Shown: positions 51,922 through 64,000 of the stretch, piece by piece
Layout: every line of letters starts with the position of its first letter
Position numbering within the stretch: position 1 is the stretch's first letter
Assembly: GCA_052327205.1 (NCBI GenBank)
Contig: JBMRGM010000043.1
Span: 25,358,001-25,422,000, forward strand
Length of the DNA stretch: 64,000 nucleotides
Source of the DNA: Somniosus microcephalus
Lineage: Eukaryota
Reading direction: 5' to 3'
Notes under the pieces: generated by a model
What the model was told of the DNA's origin: nothing
What the model saw: the letters and a program-made list of their open reading frames with translations, nothing else
Database searches by the model: none
Made by a program: the position numbers and the translations under genes

Positions 51922-52731
51922 GTAACAGAACATTGTGTTTGATCTGATTTTATTAATTACTTTTCTTTCGGCAAAATAAACAGTATATTGAATTCGCATG
52001 ATTTATATATCATAAAGGACACATCGCACCTCAGGTGAAAATTTATAAGTAAAGTTTCGAATTAAGTAATTGAACTTAACTAAGTGAAAGTCGTTCTGAA
52101 ATAAACTAGCAGAATTTCACAACGGCGCTTTAGAACTTGAAATCCATGTGGATACAAAGTGACAGAGAGGGGAAGGTTGGGAGGAGTGAGCAAAAACCTG
52201 GCGGCAAATATGGTTCCTGAGAGGATGTTTGAAGCAGGCTATAATAGAGGTGGTTTAGGAGAGTAGAGCAAAAGTATTTCACTAATGGTGTGACAAAGGA
52301 AGCGCGTGAGCCCAATAGGCGACAAATCAATTGACTGAGGGCTGTAAGGATGGAGATAAAACTGGAGCAGATGTGTAAGAAATATAGTGAACACGAGGAC
52401 CAGGTGTTTAATGTTGTTACATTCGAGGACAGGAAGCTAGATGGGAAAAATGGCGAGTAGGAATTGGTGCGGGACAGGGACGTCTGGTTTAGTTGTAGTT
52501 TGTGGACGGCGGCGTTAGGAGCTCAGAAAGGAAGGCTTTGTAATAATCTAACCTGGAGCTGACATGTCAATGGATCAGTGTTCCAGGGTCGTGGGACTGA
52601 GGTGGTTAGAAAGGGAATCCATTCAGTGCAGATTTTAAAAACAATTTTAATTCTACGTATGGTGCCAGGTTGAATTTGTAATGCTTGGAACGGTTTCATG
52701 CTATTCGTGAAATAAGTTTGTTTGATTCCAG

Positions 52732-52833
52732 CACAAAGTCACACAACCGCGATCACAGCAACAGTTCTTCCACTTTTTCTGATCGCTGCCCTGACTGCAC
52801 TGGTTTTCTTCAAACTTCGGAAGAAGAAACAAG
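52732..52833 (+). CDS. Gene C transmembrane exon (AQSHTTAITATVLPLFLIAALTALVFFKLRKKKQ)
   Basis: 102 nt; uncharged TM followed by a basic stop-transfer stretch. Confidence 0.88.
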
Positions 52834-53358
52834 GTGAGCAGTGTCTTATGGGCAGGTGATTGGCTCGACAGTCACGGGACGGGATTCGTTACCCTCCATA
52901 TTTAGATGCAGCATTCGAAAAGTAACAGGCTGATTTGAGAGGGAAATGCACAGTGTGGGCGGGAGAGCAAAGAGGTATTTACACGGATGACTTTGGATCA
53001 TGAACTCAGCTTACTGGGTTGAGGATATGTTTCCACTTCTACCATTCTCAAAAGGAATAAATCTGTGTGAGGGGGAGAATAATAACTTGCACGTGCTTAG
53101 GAAGAGAATGTGAAATCTGATAGATGATTAGTAATGATTGGGGTTATCGTAAAGTTTTCTGGACGTTCTTTGTGCATTCGTGCACTGTTTTATATAATTA
53201 TTGATATAAATGCACGTTTATAACAGATTTAAATTATTATCAATGAAAATGTTTACTGTTTGGCGATTACTTAAAGAAACCCAAACCATCTCTAGGCAGT
53301 AAGAGTGCCATATTTATTGCACAACTTGCTTAAATATGTCTCTTCCTATTTTATCCAG

Positions 53359-53389
53359 ACAATTCCTCAAGTGTTTCACAGCAGCAGGG
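53359..53389 (+). CDS. Gene C cytoplasmic exon 1 (DNSSSVSQQQ)
   Basis: atccag|31 nt|gtaagt. Confidence 0.78.
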
Positions 53390-53659
53390 GTAAGTCTGCA
53401 AAATCTTTATATTAGTCAGTCGTAGCTATATCCATGATTAAACTGAAAGCTCTTTGGCACGGGTGCAAATTATAAACCCCTGAATGGAACTGAATATCAG
53501 ACTGGACATAGAGAGGCGTTAGGTGCGCTACCACCAGTTATGCCGCCACGTACAAATGGAATTACACCCCATAGTCTCTGATATAGCTCCGATGGAGACG
53601 GTTACAGTGTTTAAGAGCTAAATATTCCCATTTTTTGTTCTTGCTTTTTAGTTTATCAA

Positions 53660-55270
53660 CAGGTCAGTCAGCCGAACATAGGTATTGGAAACCATTATTA
53701 GTGGGAAAAAAAACTTTTATTTTGGAAAGACTTTGGTTAATCAAGGAGATCCATCATGGATTTGTTAAAGGAAATCATGTGTGACTACCTTGACTGAATA
53801 CTTTGATGAGATAACAGAGACTTTTCATCAAGATAGTGTAGTAGATGTTGTATTTATAGACTTTCGGAAGGCAGTCCTCCGGGGCTTGTTAAAAAATATG
53901 TAAACCCATGGGATTAAGGGAAAGTGGCGGTATGGATACAGAATGGGCTCGGTGATTGGAAGCAGAGTGTGCTGGTGGATGGATGTTTCTTAGACTGGGA
54001 GGTGGTTTTGCAGTGGTATTTCCCAACAGTCATTTTGGGTCCATTACACTTGGCAACTTAAATGACCGAGCAAGACAAAGGTGTAGGGAGCAACATTGTA
54101 AATTTGCAGATGATACGTAATTTGGCCAGGCAGTAGATCGTGATGAGGATAGTTGTAGCCTTCGCGGTGACATAGACAGGAATGGTTAAATTGGCAGAAG
54201 CATGGCAGATGGAGTTCAACCCGGAGAAATGTGACGTGATGTACTTTTGGAGAACTAATCTGGAAAGACAATATACAATAAAGGACACGATTTTGAAAAG
54301 TGTAGATGAGCAGAGATAACTTGGTGTGCGTATACACAAAACCTTAAAGATGGCAGGACAAGTTGATAAAGTGCTGAAAACAGCATATGGTTCACTTGTT
54401 TTTTTTAAATAGTGGCTTAGCATATAAAAGCAAAGAGAACATGCTAGAACTTTATGAATGAGTGGTTAGGCCTCAGCTGGACAATTCCGGGCAGCAACTC
54501 GCCAAGGTTTCTTCGGCAGCACCTACAAAACCCACGAAATCTTCCATCTAGAAGGACTTGGGCAGCATGCTTATCGGAACACAACCACCTCCAAGTTCCC
54601 CTCCAAGTCAAACACCATCCTGACTTAGAAATATATCGCCAATCCTTCATCGTCGCTGGGTCAAAATCCTGTAACTCCCTCCCTAACAGCACTGTGGGAG
54701 TACCTTCACCACATGGACTGCAGCGGTTCAAGAAGGGCAATTTGGGATGGGCAATAAATTCTGGCCTTGCCAGCGACGCCCACATCCCAAATACGAATAA
54801 AACCACGCTTCGGGAAACATGTAAGAGACAAAGAAAGGACACAGAGGATGTTTGCAGGATATTACCAGGGAAGAGGAGTGATTGGATAATAAGGGCTTGA
54901 ACAGACAAGGTTGAGAGGTGAGCCAATAGAGATTTTCAAGACGATGAGAGGTTTTAATAGAGGAGAGAGCGAAACAGTATTCCCTCTTGGTCAATAACTA
55001 GATGTCTTAGATTCAACATCATTGTAAAAAGATCTTGAGAGGAGATGTTGAGAATTATTTTTCATTCAGAGAGTTGTCGGGATCTAGAACAGTTTACCAG
55101 AAAATTTGGTGGAAGCTATTTCCATAAATATCTTTAGCAGTGATATGGACTGATCTTTGTGGATGAGGACCTTACATGGCAGCGGACACAAGCCAGGAGT
55201 ATAGGACAAAGGACGATTGCTCCTTCAAGGAGTTCTAGGTTCTGGATAGCTACTGCTGAATGTTTCTGTG
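53660..55270 (+). mobile_element. CR1 fragments with an inserted SINE/LINE tail (~54495-54800)
   Basis: RT remnants (…aaatttgcagatgatac…) and tail motif. Confidence 0.7.
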
Positions 55271-55352
55271 ATTCTGTAACATTTCGTTAAAAAGTGAACT
55301 TTGAGTTGTTGATGCATGAATCCTTAATATCTGAGAACATTATCGTGTACAG

Positions 55353-55444
55353 GGTGCCAAAGTAAAATAGATCTCGAACCCCGAGTGATGTATCATCTGC
55401 GAGCAATTTCACGTATGCAGTTGTTGGATCAGCCCGAGACACTG
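55353..55444 (+). pseudogene. Gene C cytoplasmic exon 2 with in-frame TAA (55363)
   Basis: VPK*NRSRTPSDVSSASNFTYAVVGSARDT; 92 nt like the gene B exon. Confidence 0.72.
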
Positions 55445-56433
55445 GTAAGCGTGAAATGACAAATGTGAGAAATATATTAGATTGTGCACGGTAGCATTTG
55501 TGCTCCCGGCAACCCCACCGTAACTTCAACGGAATTTCGGTAAATTCAGAGAAACGACCGTTTCTGCATGCCTTGCGGCAATATTCCACCGACGTTGCGA
55601 GGGGACATGGAGGAAATCGCCCGTGGGAATTGGAATTCTTCATCTGCAAGCATTCAGCATACCCTCGTGTTAGATTTACATTTACTGCCTGGAAATTAAT
55701 CATCGCGTAGATGGAGCATACGAAGGGAAATAGTTTGGGGCGGTTGGCACGGTTCTATTGAGCCATATTAATGGAAAGAAAAGCTGGTGGGCTCCGTAAA
55801 GGATGTGTCTTTTGCCCCAGCAGTCTGAGCTGTCTGTACTCTTTGCAGGTGAAGCTAACTGCTCCGACGCCAAGACAAAAAGCTTGCCCTTATTCCCTAT
55901 TCATTTTGTGTTCATTATTTCCTCTACTTCTCATTTTTCTTTTTCTGAAATTAGTGGTTCTCAATCGGCCGGGATTGGTCGGAGGACATCTGGGTGCTAG
56001 TCCAAAGTGTTAATCTCGGAATCTGATAATCAGACATAATGAACAATATCTTGAATACTAAATTGATTTGGGGAACTGTCTCCTCCCCACCATTAAAAAT
56101 CAACTTTCCAAGCAAAGGATGCTGGAACTGGTCCTCAGACCGATATCCTGGTTCTGGGACTGGAGAGAATGAGAGAATGTGCTGCTCACCATCACCCTGT
56201 TTACAAGCAAGCGACTCAGCACTGCCCCATTTCTTGGGACCAAACCACTTCATGACTTTGCTCAAGGGACTGTGGCTCAGCTTGTGTTTGGTCAGGTTAA
56301 TTAATTGCTTGATTTTAAAACCAGTAAACACAGCAGTAAATGTCCAATCATTATTGTAGGATGGGTCTGGTACCTAAATGCTTCCTTGATTAACCATGTA
56401 ATTGAGCACAGTTTCTTATTTTTCTCTCTACAG

Positions 56434-56489
56434 TTTCTAGTTCTGATCAGGTAACATACAGTGTATTAAAGGCACGGAGCCCATGGAAG
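56434..56489 (+). CDS. Gene C cytoplasmic exon 3 with ITIM VTYSVL (likely 1-nt deletion)
   Basis: ctacag|56 nt|gtaagg; ends in phase 0 whereas the next exon needs phase 1. Confidence 0.6.
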
Positions 56490-57272
56490 GTAAGGATTCG
56501 GTGTGTTACTTGGCTGGAGGGATTTGTATATCTCATAGATCTTGATAGCTACTGTGAGGGTAGCGACTGTCTTGAGACTGTGAGAAGTTACCTAAGAAGG
56601 GTCTGAATCGATTAATGCATTATAGGACTGGCACCACAATACCAGTATTTGTAAATGAAAAAATCACTATAGGCACTTTGTAAGTTCCATCTCTTGGGCG
56701 TAGTATCCTCAGAACCTGCACATAAACTCCCCAGTTCTGTTTTTTAGATAACTACTGTGTGGAACATCGTAATTGGCCAGACTATAAATGAACCATAAAC
56801 TGCAACGACGATAACAAATGCTTAATATAAGTCGATCGATACAGATGAAGGCAATAAACGTGTACATTTGGAAAACATAATCCATTCTTGGACATTTAAA
56901 TCAAAGCTATGCAATTAATGGTTATATATCATCCTTATTAGATTGATGGAAATTAAATGTTCTAATCACATGCACCATATTCATATTATGGATACTAGTA
57001 TGGTTGTCTAAATTCATTATCGCTTTCAATTAATTTATATCAAGGAATCAATCAATCTACCTCTCTAAATATGTATCCATGTAGCCATCTATTTATGTAT
57101 CTATCTATCTTTATATCTATCTTCCAAATATCTATGTATCTTTCTATCTATCTCTACATGTCTTCCTCCCTATATCTCCATATATATCTATCGTCTCTCT
57201 GTCGTCTATATATTAATCCCTCTTAATGAAGCCTCCTTATTGTCTTGTTTTCTCCTTTATGTTTATATGTAG

Positions 57273-57338
57273 ATGATACCGGAACTGCTGCCCATTTAGT
57301 GTAGTCGGAGTTCACGATCAGAATGTCACGAGATTGTG
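57273..57338 (+). pseudogene. Gene C cytoplasmic exon 4 with TAG at a probable Tyr (LV*SEF)
   Basis: atgtag|66 nt|gtaaat, phase 1-1, joins 60936 in frame. Confidence 0.6.
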
Positions 57339-57439
57339 GTAAATTCTTTCAATTGTTCGCAGCTGTCGGAAAAGGGAGATTATAATTACAGTTCTAGATA
57401 ATGTTGGGATATTCCTCTGCTTGCTATAGTGGGAATGAG

Positions 57440-60400
57440 GCACATGGACTGTTTACTAAACAGTGGGGGGATGTTTCAGGTGAAGGGAAATTTAGAAAGT
57501 CAAAGAGAAAGGAGAAGGCAATAGTGCAGGGTAGTGATAGGGTTCAAGATAACCAGAGAGTGACAAGAGGAGACAGAGAATACAAACATAAACGTGCACC
57601 TGCAGATAGATTCAGAGTAGGTAACAGTGGTACAAAAATAAATAAAAGCTCTTTATCTGAATGCACATAGCATTCGTAACAAGATAGATGAGTTGCCGGC
57701 ACAAATAGAAATAAATTGGTATGATCTGATAGCCATTACAGAGACGGGATTGCAAGGTGACCAAGGCTGGGAACTGAATATTCAGGGGTATTGGACATAT
57801 CGGAAGATTAGGCAGAAAGCAAAAGGAGTTGTGGTAGCTCTTTTAATAAAGGATGAGAAAAGTGCAATGGTGAGAAATGATATTGGCTCAGAAAATCAAG
57901 TTGTAGAATTAGTTTGAACGGAGATAAGAAATAGTAAGGGAAATAAGTCACTAGTGAGAGCAATTTTTGGCCTCCTAACAGTAGCTATACTGTAGGAGGG
58001 AGTATAAACCAAGAAACAATAGGGGCTTGTAAGAAAGTTACTGCGATAATCACGGGCGATTTTAATCTTCATATAGATTGAACAAATCTAAATGAGAAGG
58101 TTAGCCTTGAGGACGAGTTAATAGAATGTATTCAGGATGGTTTGTTACAATAATACGTTGTGGGGCCAACCAGGGAGAATGCGATTTAAGATCTGGTAAT
58201 ATGTAATGAGGCAGGAATAATTAATGATCTCATGGTAAAGGATCCTCTGGTGAAGAGTGATCATAGCATGATGAATTTCTACTTCAGTTCGAGGGTGAGA
58301 AAGTTGGGTCTGAAACTAGTGTCTTAAACTTAAATAAAGGCAATTACAAAGGAATGAAGACAGAGTTGGCTAAAGTAGACTGGGAAAACAGATTACAGAG
58401 TAAGATGGTGAATTAACAGTGACAGATATTTAAGGAGGTTTTTCATAACACTCAGCAAAGATTTATTCCAGTGAGAAAGGGCCTTAGTGCGACCTTGGGA
58501 GTACTGTGTGCAGTTTTGGTCTCCTTACCTAAGAATGGATATACTTGCCATAGCGGGAGTGCAGCGAAGGTTCATCAGACTGATTCCTCGGACAGCATGA
58601 CTGTCGTATGAGGAGAGATTGGGCCGACTAGGCTACATTCACGAGAGATTAAGAGAATGAGAGGGCATCGCATTGAAACGCATCAAATCCTGACAGGGCT
58701 AGACAGACTGGATGCAGGGAGAATGTTTCCCCTGGCTGGGGGGGGGGGGGAGGTCTAGAACGAGTGAACACATTCTCAGGATACGGAGCAGGACATTTAG
58801 GACTGAGATGAGGGGACATTTCTTCACTCAGAGTGTGGTGAACCTATGGAATACTCTACCACAGAAGGCTGTGGAGGCCAAGTCACTGATTATATTTAAG
58901 AACTAGATAGACAGATTTCTAGACACAAACGGCATCAAGGGGTATGGGGAGAGAGCGGAAATATGATATTGAAATAGAGGATCAGCCATGATCATATTGA
59001 ATGGCAGAGCAGGCTCGAAGGAACGAATGGCCTAATCCTGCTACTAATGTTGCATGTACTATGTTTTCTAAAACAATGACTATCATTGGAGAAAAAATAC
59101 GAGGCAAACTAATGAGACTAAAGTCTGACAATTGCCCTGGACCTGATGGCTTACATTCAAGCGTTTTAAAAGAAGTGGCTGCAGTGATACTGGATGCGTT
59201 GGTTTTAATCTACCAAAATTCCCTGGATTCTGGAGAGCTCCCAGCGACTTGGAAAACTTCAAATTTAACGCCACTATTCAAGAAAGGATGGAGACAGAAA
59301 GCAGGAAACTTTAGGCCAGTTAGCCTAACATCTGTCATTGGGAAAATGCTGGAATCCATTATTAAGGAAGTAATAGCAGGACATTTATAAAATTATAATG
59401 CCATCAATCAGAGTCAACATAGTTTTATGGAAGGGAAATCGTGTTTGACAAATTTACTTGAGTTCTTTGAGGATGTAAAGAGTAGGGTGCATAAAGGGGA
59501 AGCAGTAGATGTAGTGTATTTGGATTTCCAGAAGTCATTCGATAAGGTTCCACATAAAAGGTTACTGCACAAGACAAGAGCTCTCGGGGTTGGGGGTAAT
59601 ATCTTAGCATGGATAGTGGATTGGCTAACTAACAGAAAACAAAGAGTCGGGATAAATGGTTTATTTTTCGTTTGGTAAACTGTAACTAGTGGGGTGCCAC
59701 AGGGATCATTGCTGGGACCTCAACTGTTTACAATCTATATTAATGATTTTGCCAAATTTGCTGATGATGCAACGATCGTTGGGAAACAAGTTGTGAGGAG
59801 GACATAAATAGTTTGCAAAGGGATATAGATATGTTAATTGAGTGGGGAAAAATTCAGCAGATGGAGTATAATGTGGGAAAATGTGTGGTTACCCACTTTG
59901 GTAAGAAATATAAAAAAAACATATATTATTTAAGTGGAGAGACTACCTAATGCTGCCGTACAGAACGATCTGGGAGTCCTCATACTTGAAACACAAAAGG
60001 TTAGCTTGCAGGTAAAAAAATTAATTAGGAAGGCAAATGGAATGTTGGACTTTATTGCCGGGGTTGGGGCACAAATGTAGGGAAGTCTTGCTACAATTGG
60101 GGTACTGCGTGCAGCTTTGGTCTCCTTATTTCAGGTGGGATATACTTGCATTGGAGGCAGTTCAAAGAAGGTTCCCGAGGTGGAGTCCTGAGATGAAGGG
60201 GTTGCCTTATGAAGAAAATTGGGCCTATACGCATTGGAGATTGGAAGAATGACAGGTGATCTTAGTGAAACATATAAGATTCCGAGGGAGCTTGACAGAG
60301 TCGATTCAGGGAGGATGAATCCCCTCGTGGGGCAATGTAGAATTAGGGTGCACAGTTTCAAGATAAGGGATCGCCCATTTAAAACGGAAATGAGGAGGAA

Positions 60401-60645
60401 TTTCTAATCTGAGTGTCGTGAATCTTTGGAATTCTCTACCCCAGAGAGATGTGGAGGCGGAATCATTGACTGTATTCAAGGCAGAGATAGACTTATATTT
60501 GAGATACAGTGGAGTCAAGGGTATTGAGGAGCGGATGGGAAAGTTGCGTTGAGGCGAAGATCAGTTCAGCCATGATCGTATTGAATGGTGGTGCAGGTTC
60601 GAGGGGCCGAATGGCCTACTCTTGCTCCTGTTTATGTTTCTTATG
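57440..60645 (+). mobile_element. Composite or nested CR1 LINEs (endonuclease, RT and 3' ends)
   Basis: YDLIAITET endonuclease, PGPDGLH…RPVSLTS and VVYLDFQK RT motifs. Confidence 0.9.
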
Positions 60646-60935
60646 AAATATCAAGTAGATGATATTAGCACATGTAATTTTAACCTAACTCAGCCTGGCC
60701 GAAAATGGACAGGATCTGGTGAAAGGCTGGTTGCCAATCGCACCCAATTATACTCTCCTACTACCGTGGAGAGTAAGGTCCATTGGGTGGTAAACCCAGA
60801 AATTGTACCAATCCCTTCAGTTTACTGCCAGGGTTGGTTAAATTAAAATGACGCCTGATTAGGCTGGCTTCATCTTATTCTGTACATCGACGACCCAGAT
60901 TGTTGCCTTTATAATGCATCTGCTTTATTTTACAG

Positions 60936-60967
60936 ATAACGATGTTGGTGCCTCAGGAAGGAAACAG
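60936..60967 (+). CDS. Gene C penultimate mini-exon (NDVGASGRKQ)
   Basis: ttacag|32 nt|gtaagt. Confidence 0.8.
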
Positions 60968-61556
60968 GTAAGTTATCCTTAGAGGGGAAAGATGCTGCTG
61001 ATAAATATTACAACCAATGCGGCTAGATTTCTAACTTACTTCTGCAAAGTAAAGCGTCGGCCATCAGTTAAAGCAATGGCCCAATTGAAACACACACACT
61101 TATCGAAAAGATATTCGTTTTGACTGTGAAACGAGCAGCACATTCGCTGTCACCCGTTATGGTCCCACTGCCGAAGAGCAATTTTAACCCCGATGTCTAT
61201 TATTCTCTACCATTGGGACAGCTATTCTGCTTGCTTCTTGGGCTTAAATAGGGCGATGAGGATCTTTCACGCAGAATAGAAAACGCACACTTTTAATTTG
61301 CAATGATTTGAATTAAAAGTAGAATCCGGCGGTTCCGATCGACGCCACGTTTAAGCCTGAGCCCATTTTGTAATATCCACATCATTCTGTCTGCAAAGGT
61401 CGCTCCTAATCTGAAAATATTGACTCCACCCCACTAAAGTAACCAGAGAATAATAATTTAATTCCCAGCCATTACTTCAATCATTCAGTTGCCAGTTGTT
61501 TACCGAATGATAAAGACCATTGTAGTTTCGTTCCACCGAAAGATCACTGCAATCAT

Positions 61557-62147
61557 GGGTGCAGTAGCTTAGTGGTTACATAACTTGACTAATAATCCAG
61601 AGGTCTCGACTAATGATCAGATGACATGAGTTCATAATGCCACTACTGCTAGCTGGGGAATGTAAACTCAGTTTATTAAATAAATCTGGAATAAAAAGCT
61701 GATAACATTAATGGTGACCATGACACTCTCGGGTTGTTGTAAAACCCAAATAATGTCCTCAAGGAAGGAAGTTGACTGTCCTTAACTGGTCTACCCTATA
61801 TGTGACTCCAGACCCACTGGCAATGTGTTTGATACTTAACTGCCCCTGAAATGGCCTAGCAAGCCGTTCAATTGTACCAAACCACTACGAAAAGAGGTTA
61901 CCCCTATGGGGCCACCTTCCCCTCCAGGTCACACACCATCCTGACTTGGAAGTATATTTCCGTTTACTCATCGCCGCTGGGTGAAACTCCTGGATCTCCC
62001 TCCCTAACAGCACTGTGGGGTAACCGTCATTAAACAGACTGCAGCATTTCAAGAAGGCGGTTCGCTGCCACCTCTCAATGGCAATTAGGAATGGGCAGTA
62101 AATGCTGGCCTTGTCAGCGACGCCCACATACCGTGAATGAATAAAAA
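61557..62147 (+). mobile_element. tRNA-derived SINE (paralog of 1265-1862)
   Basis: Same head and tail. Confidence 0.75.
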
Positions 62148-62448
62148 CTTATCATCGCTTGTTTAAATTTAATCAGTAGTTTCTTCATTGCTAGTTTCAT
62201 TCCAACCACTTTATTCTGATTTTAAACTATAACAGTTAACTCAGAGAGGCATTAGAAGTGAAATAGAGTGTCCTCAGCCAATTAATTGAAAGTAGTTTTG
62301 ACCATACTGTAAATCGGGCGATATTGACTTGGCCATCCATTATCCATCTCTCCCGACTTCCCTTCCACTGAAGTCACCACTGATTCTCTCTTGGTAGCTG
62401 TTCACCGCCGCCTGAGACCAACTTCAAACCCATATTCTTTAATTACAG

Positions 62449-62577
62449 GATAACAAGAATGGCCCCAGCGACTATTGTGTCACATACGCCACAGTTAACC
62501 GTGCAAACACTGAAGCTAGTTTGGAAGGAGGTCCAATGGAAGAAGGCTGTGTCTGTGAAAACCTTCCACGGCAATAA
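62449..62577 (+). CDS. Gene C terminal exon DNKNGPSDYCVTYATVNRANTEASLEGGPMEEGCVCENLPRQ*
   Basis: Open to TAA; ITIM VTYATV retained; distal Tyr replaced by Cys. Confidence 0.85.
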   Translation, partial: DNKNGPSDYCVTYATVNRANTEASLEGGPMEEGCVCENLPRQ

Positions 62578-64000
62578 GAGCGAAGCAGGATTAAAAAGCA
62601 TAGAAACAACAAAGAAAACCCAATGGAGGCAACGTCAATCAACTTGTGCTCTGTGCAAATTACCTGCCCTCAGCAACTTTAGTCTGAAGGCAGGTTAGGC
62701 CATTGATCCTTGTGCAAGGCCTTCGAGGGACAGAGTGCCTGCCCGCCAACAATTCAATTTAACGTATGTTTTACCCTGCCAGGACATTATATCTCGAGGG
62801 ACATCATGTGGCAAGTTGTGCAGCTTCTATTTTGCAGAAGGATCCTACATGTGGCTTTGGTGGTGCTGCATGCAAGACTATACAGTGTGTAAGACTATTA
62901 CACCGGAATGTAGACCCAGGTTATGCATGTTCTAATGCAATTAGTTAATGGATGTGCCTGGGCTCTTGCTCTAGTATTCCGCCAGTGTTCTTGCATTCTT
63001 CCATAACTGCAGAGGGAGACCAGTAGATCTCCTGGAGAAATTATGCAAAAGACCGAAGAAGGCTGGAGAAATCCTGGACAAGTTCTAGGGTCAATTATAT
63101 CTTTAGTCATGTTGTAAAATGAATGCTATCAAATTGACCGCTGATATAACTCCTCTTCCGTTAACTTCAATGTAAAGGAAAACCCGGCATGGTGTATAAT
63201 GGGAACCTTGATTTGATATCGTCTATTTCCCATCCTCGCAAAAAATTCAAATTATTCCAATCTATCTGAATGCCACTAATAAACCGTGTATAGAGTAAGT
63301 GGTTACAGTGTAACCTTCATCACCTGGGAGTTTAGCACACCATTGGCAGATCGCATGATGGAACATCTGGCGGGGAGGATGGCCCATTACTTACAAAGCC
63401 CATCGTATTTTGCTATCTTTCAGCCTTTAACAACCAGTCTGTTCCTTACCGGTATCACTCTTGACAAATCTTCCTTTCATGTTCCGGCAGTAAAGACTGA
63501 ATTCTACTCCACCGTATATTAGTGCCAAATACAAAAGCCATAGCATTTTGTTATGCTACATGATATGATGGGATTTTAAAAAAATACATAGAATTTAAAC
63601 CATGGTAAACGGCCATTCTGCCCAACTGGTCTGTGCTGGTGTTTATGTTCCACACGAGACTCTTCTCACCTTCCTTCATCTAATTCTATCAACAACTCCA
63701 TTAATTCCTTTCTCTCTTATGTACTTATCTAGATTCCCCTTTAATACATCTGTGCAGTTCGCCTCAACCACTCCATGCAGGAGCAAGGTCCACATTCTCA
63801 CCACTGCCTGAGAAAGCTGTTTCTCCTGTTTCTTTATTGGATGCATTAGCGACTATCTTATATTTATGAACTAAACTTCTGGAATTTCTAAAAGTGGTAT
63901 TACCTTCTCTATGTCTACCCTATCAAAACCACTTCATAATTTTAAAAAACTCTCCTCAGTCACCCCTCAGCCTTCTGTTTTCTACAGAAAAGTATCCCGG

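Larger units (their letters stand above)
32709..62577 (+). pseudogene. Gene C: FCRL-like receptor (split leader, 7 Ig, TM, multi-Tyr tail), probable unprocessed pseudogene
   Basis: 16 GT-AG coding exons; frameshifts in D1, D5 and cytoplasmic exon 3; nonsense codons at 55363 and 57302. Confidence 0.8.

Overview
Vertebrate genomic DNA, most likely shark or another elasmobranch (inferred from the CR1, DeuSINE, Penelope and MITE repertoire). The window covers part of a head-to-tail tandem array of Fc-receptor-like (FCRL-type) Ig-superfamily receptor genes on the + strand, reconstructed here by hand from GT-AG exons. Gene A contributes only its last two exons (647-2278), with an ITIM-bearing tail. 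Gene B (~6.5-26.1 kb) has lost all Ig exons, but its leader, TM and cytoplasmic exons still splice into an open frame, giving a candidate ectodomain-less transmembrane protein with an Arg in the TM. Gene C (~32.1-62.6 kb) has the complete layout: split leader, 7 Ig exons, TM and 6 cytoplasmic exons. It carries at least 5 disabling lesions and is a probable pseudogene. Introns hold two full-length decayed Ty3/Gypsy elements, a Penelope fragment with a hammerhead-ribozyme core, a non-autonomous Helitron, MITEs, SINEs and many CR1 pieces. One Gypsy has no tRNA PBS and instead has a 14-nt perfect complement to its own LTR poly(A) signal. All exon models and identities are by-eye and need transcript or alignment confirmation.
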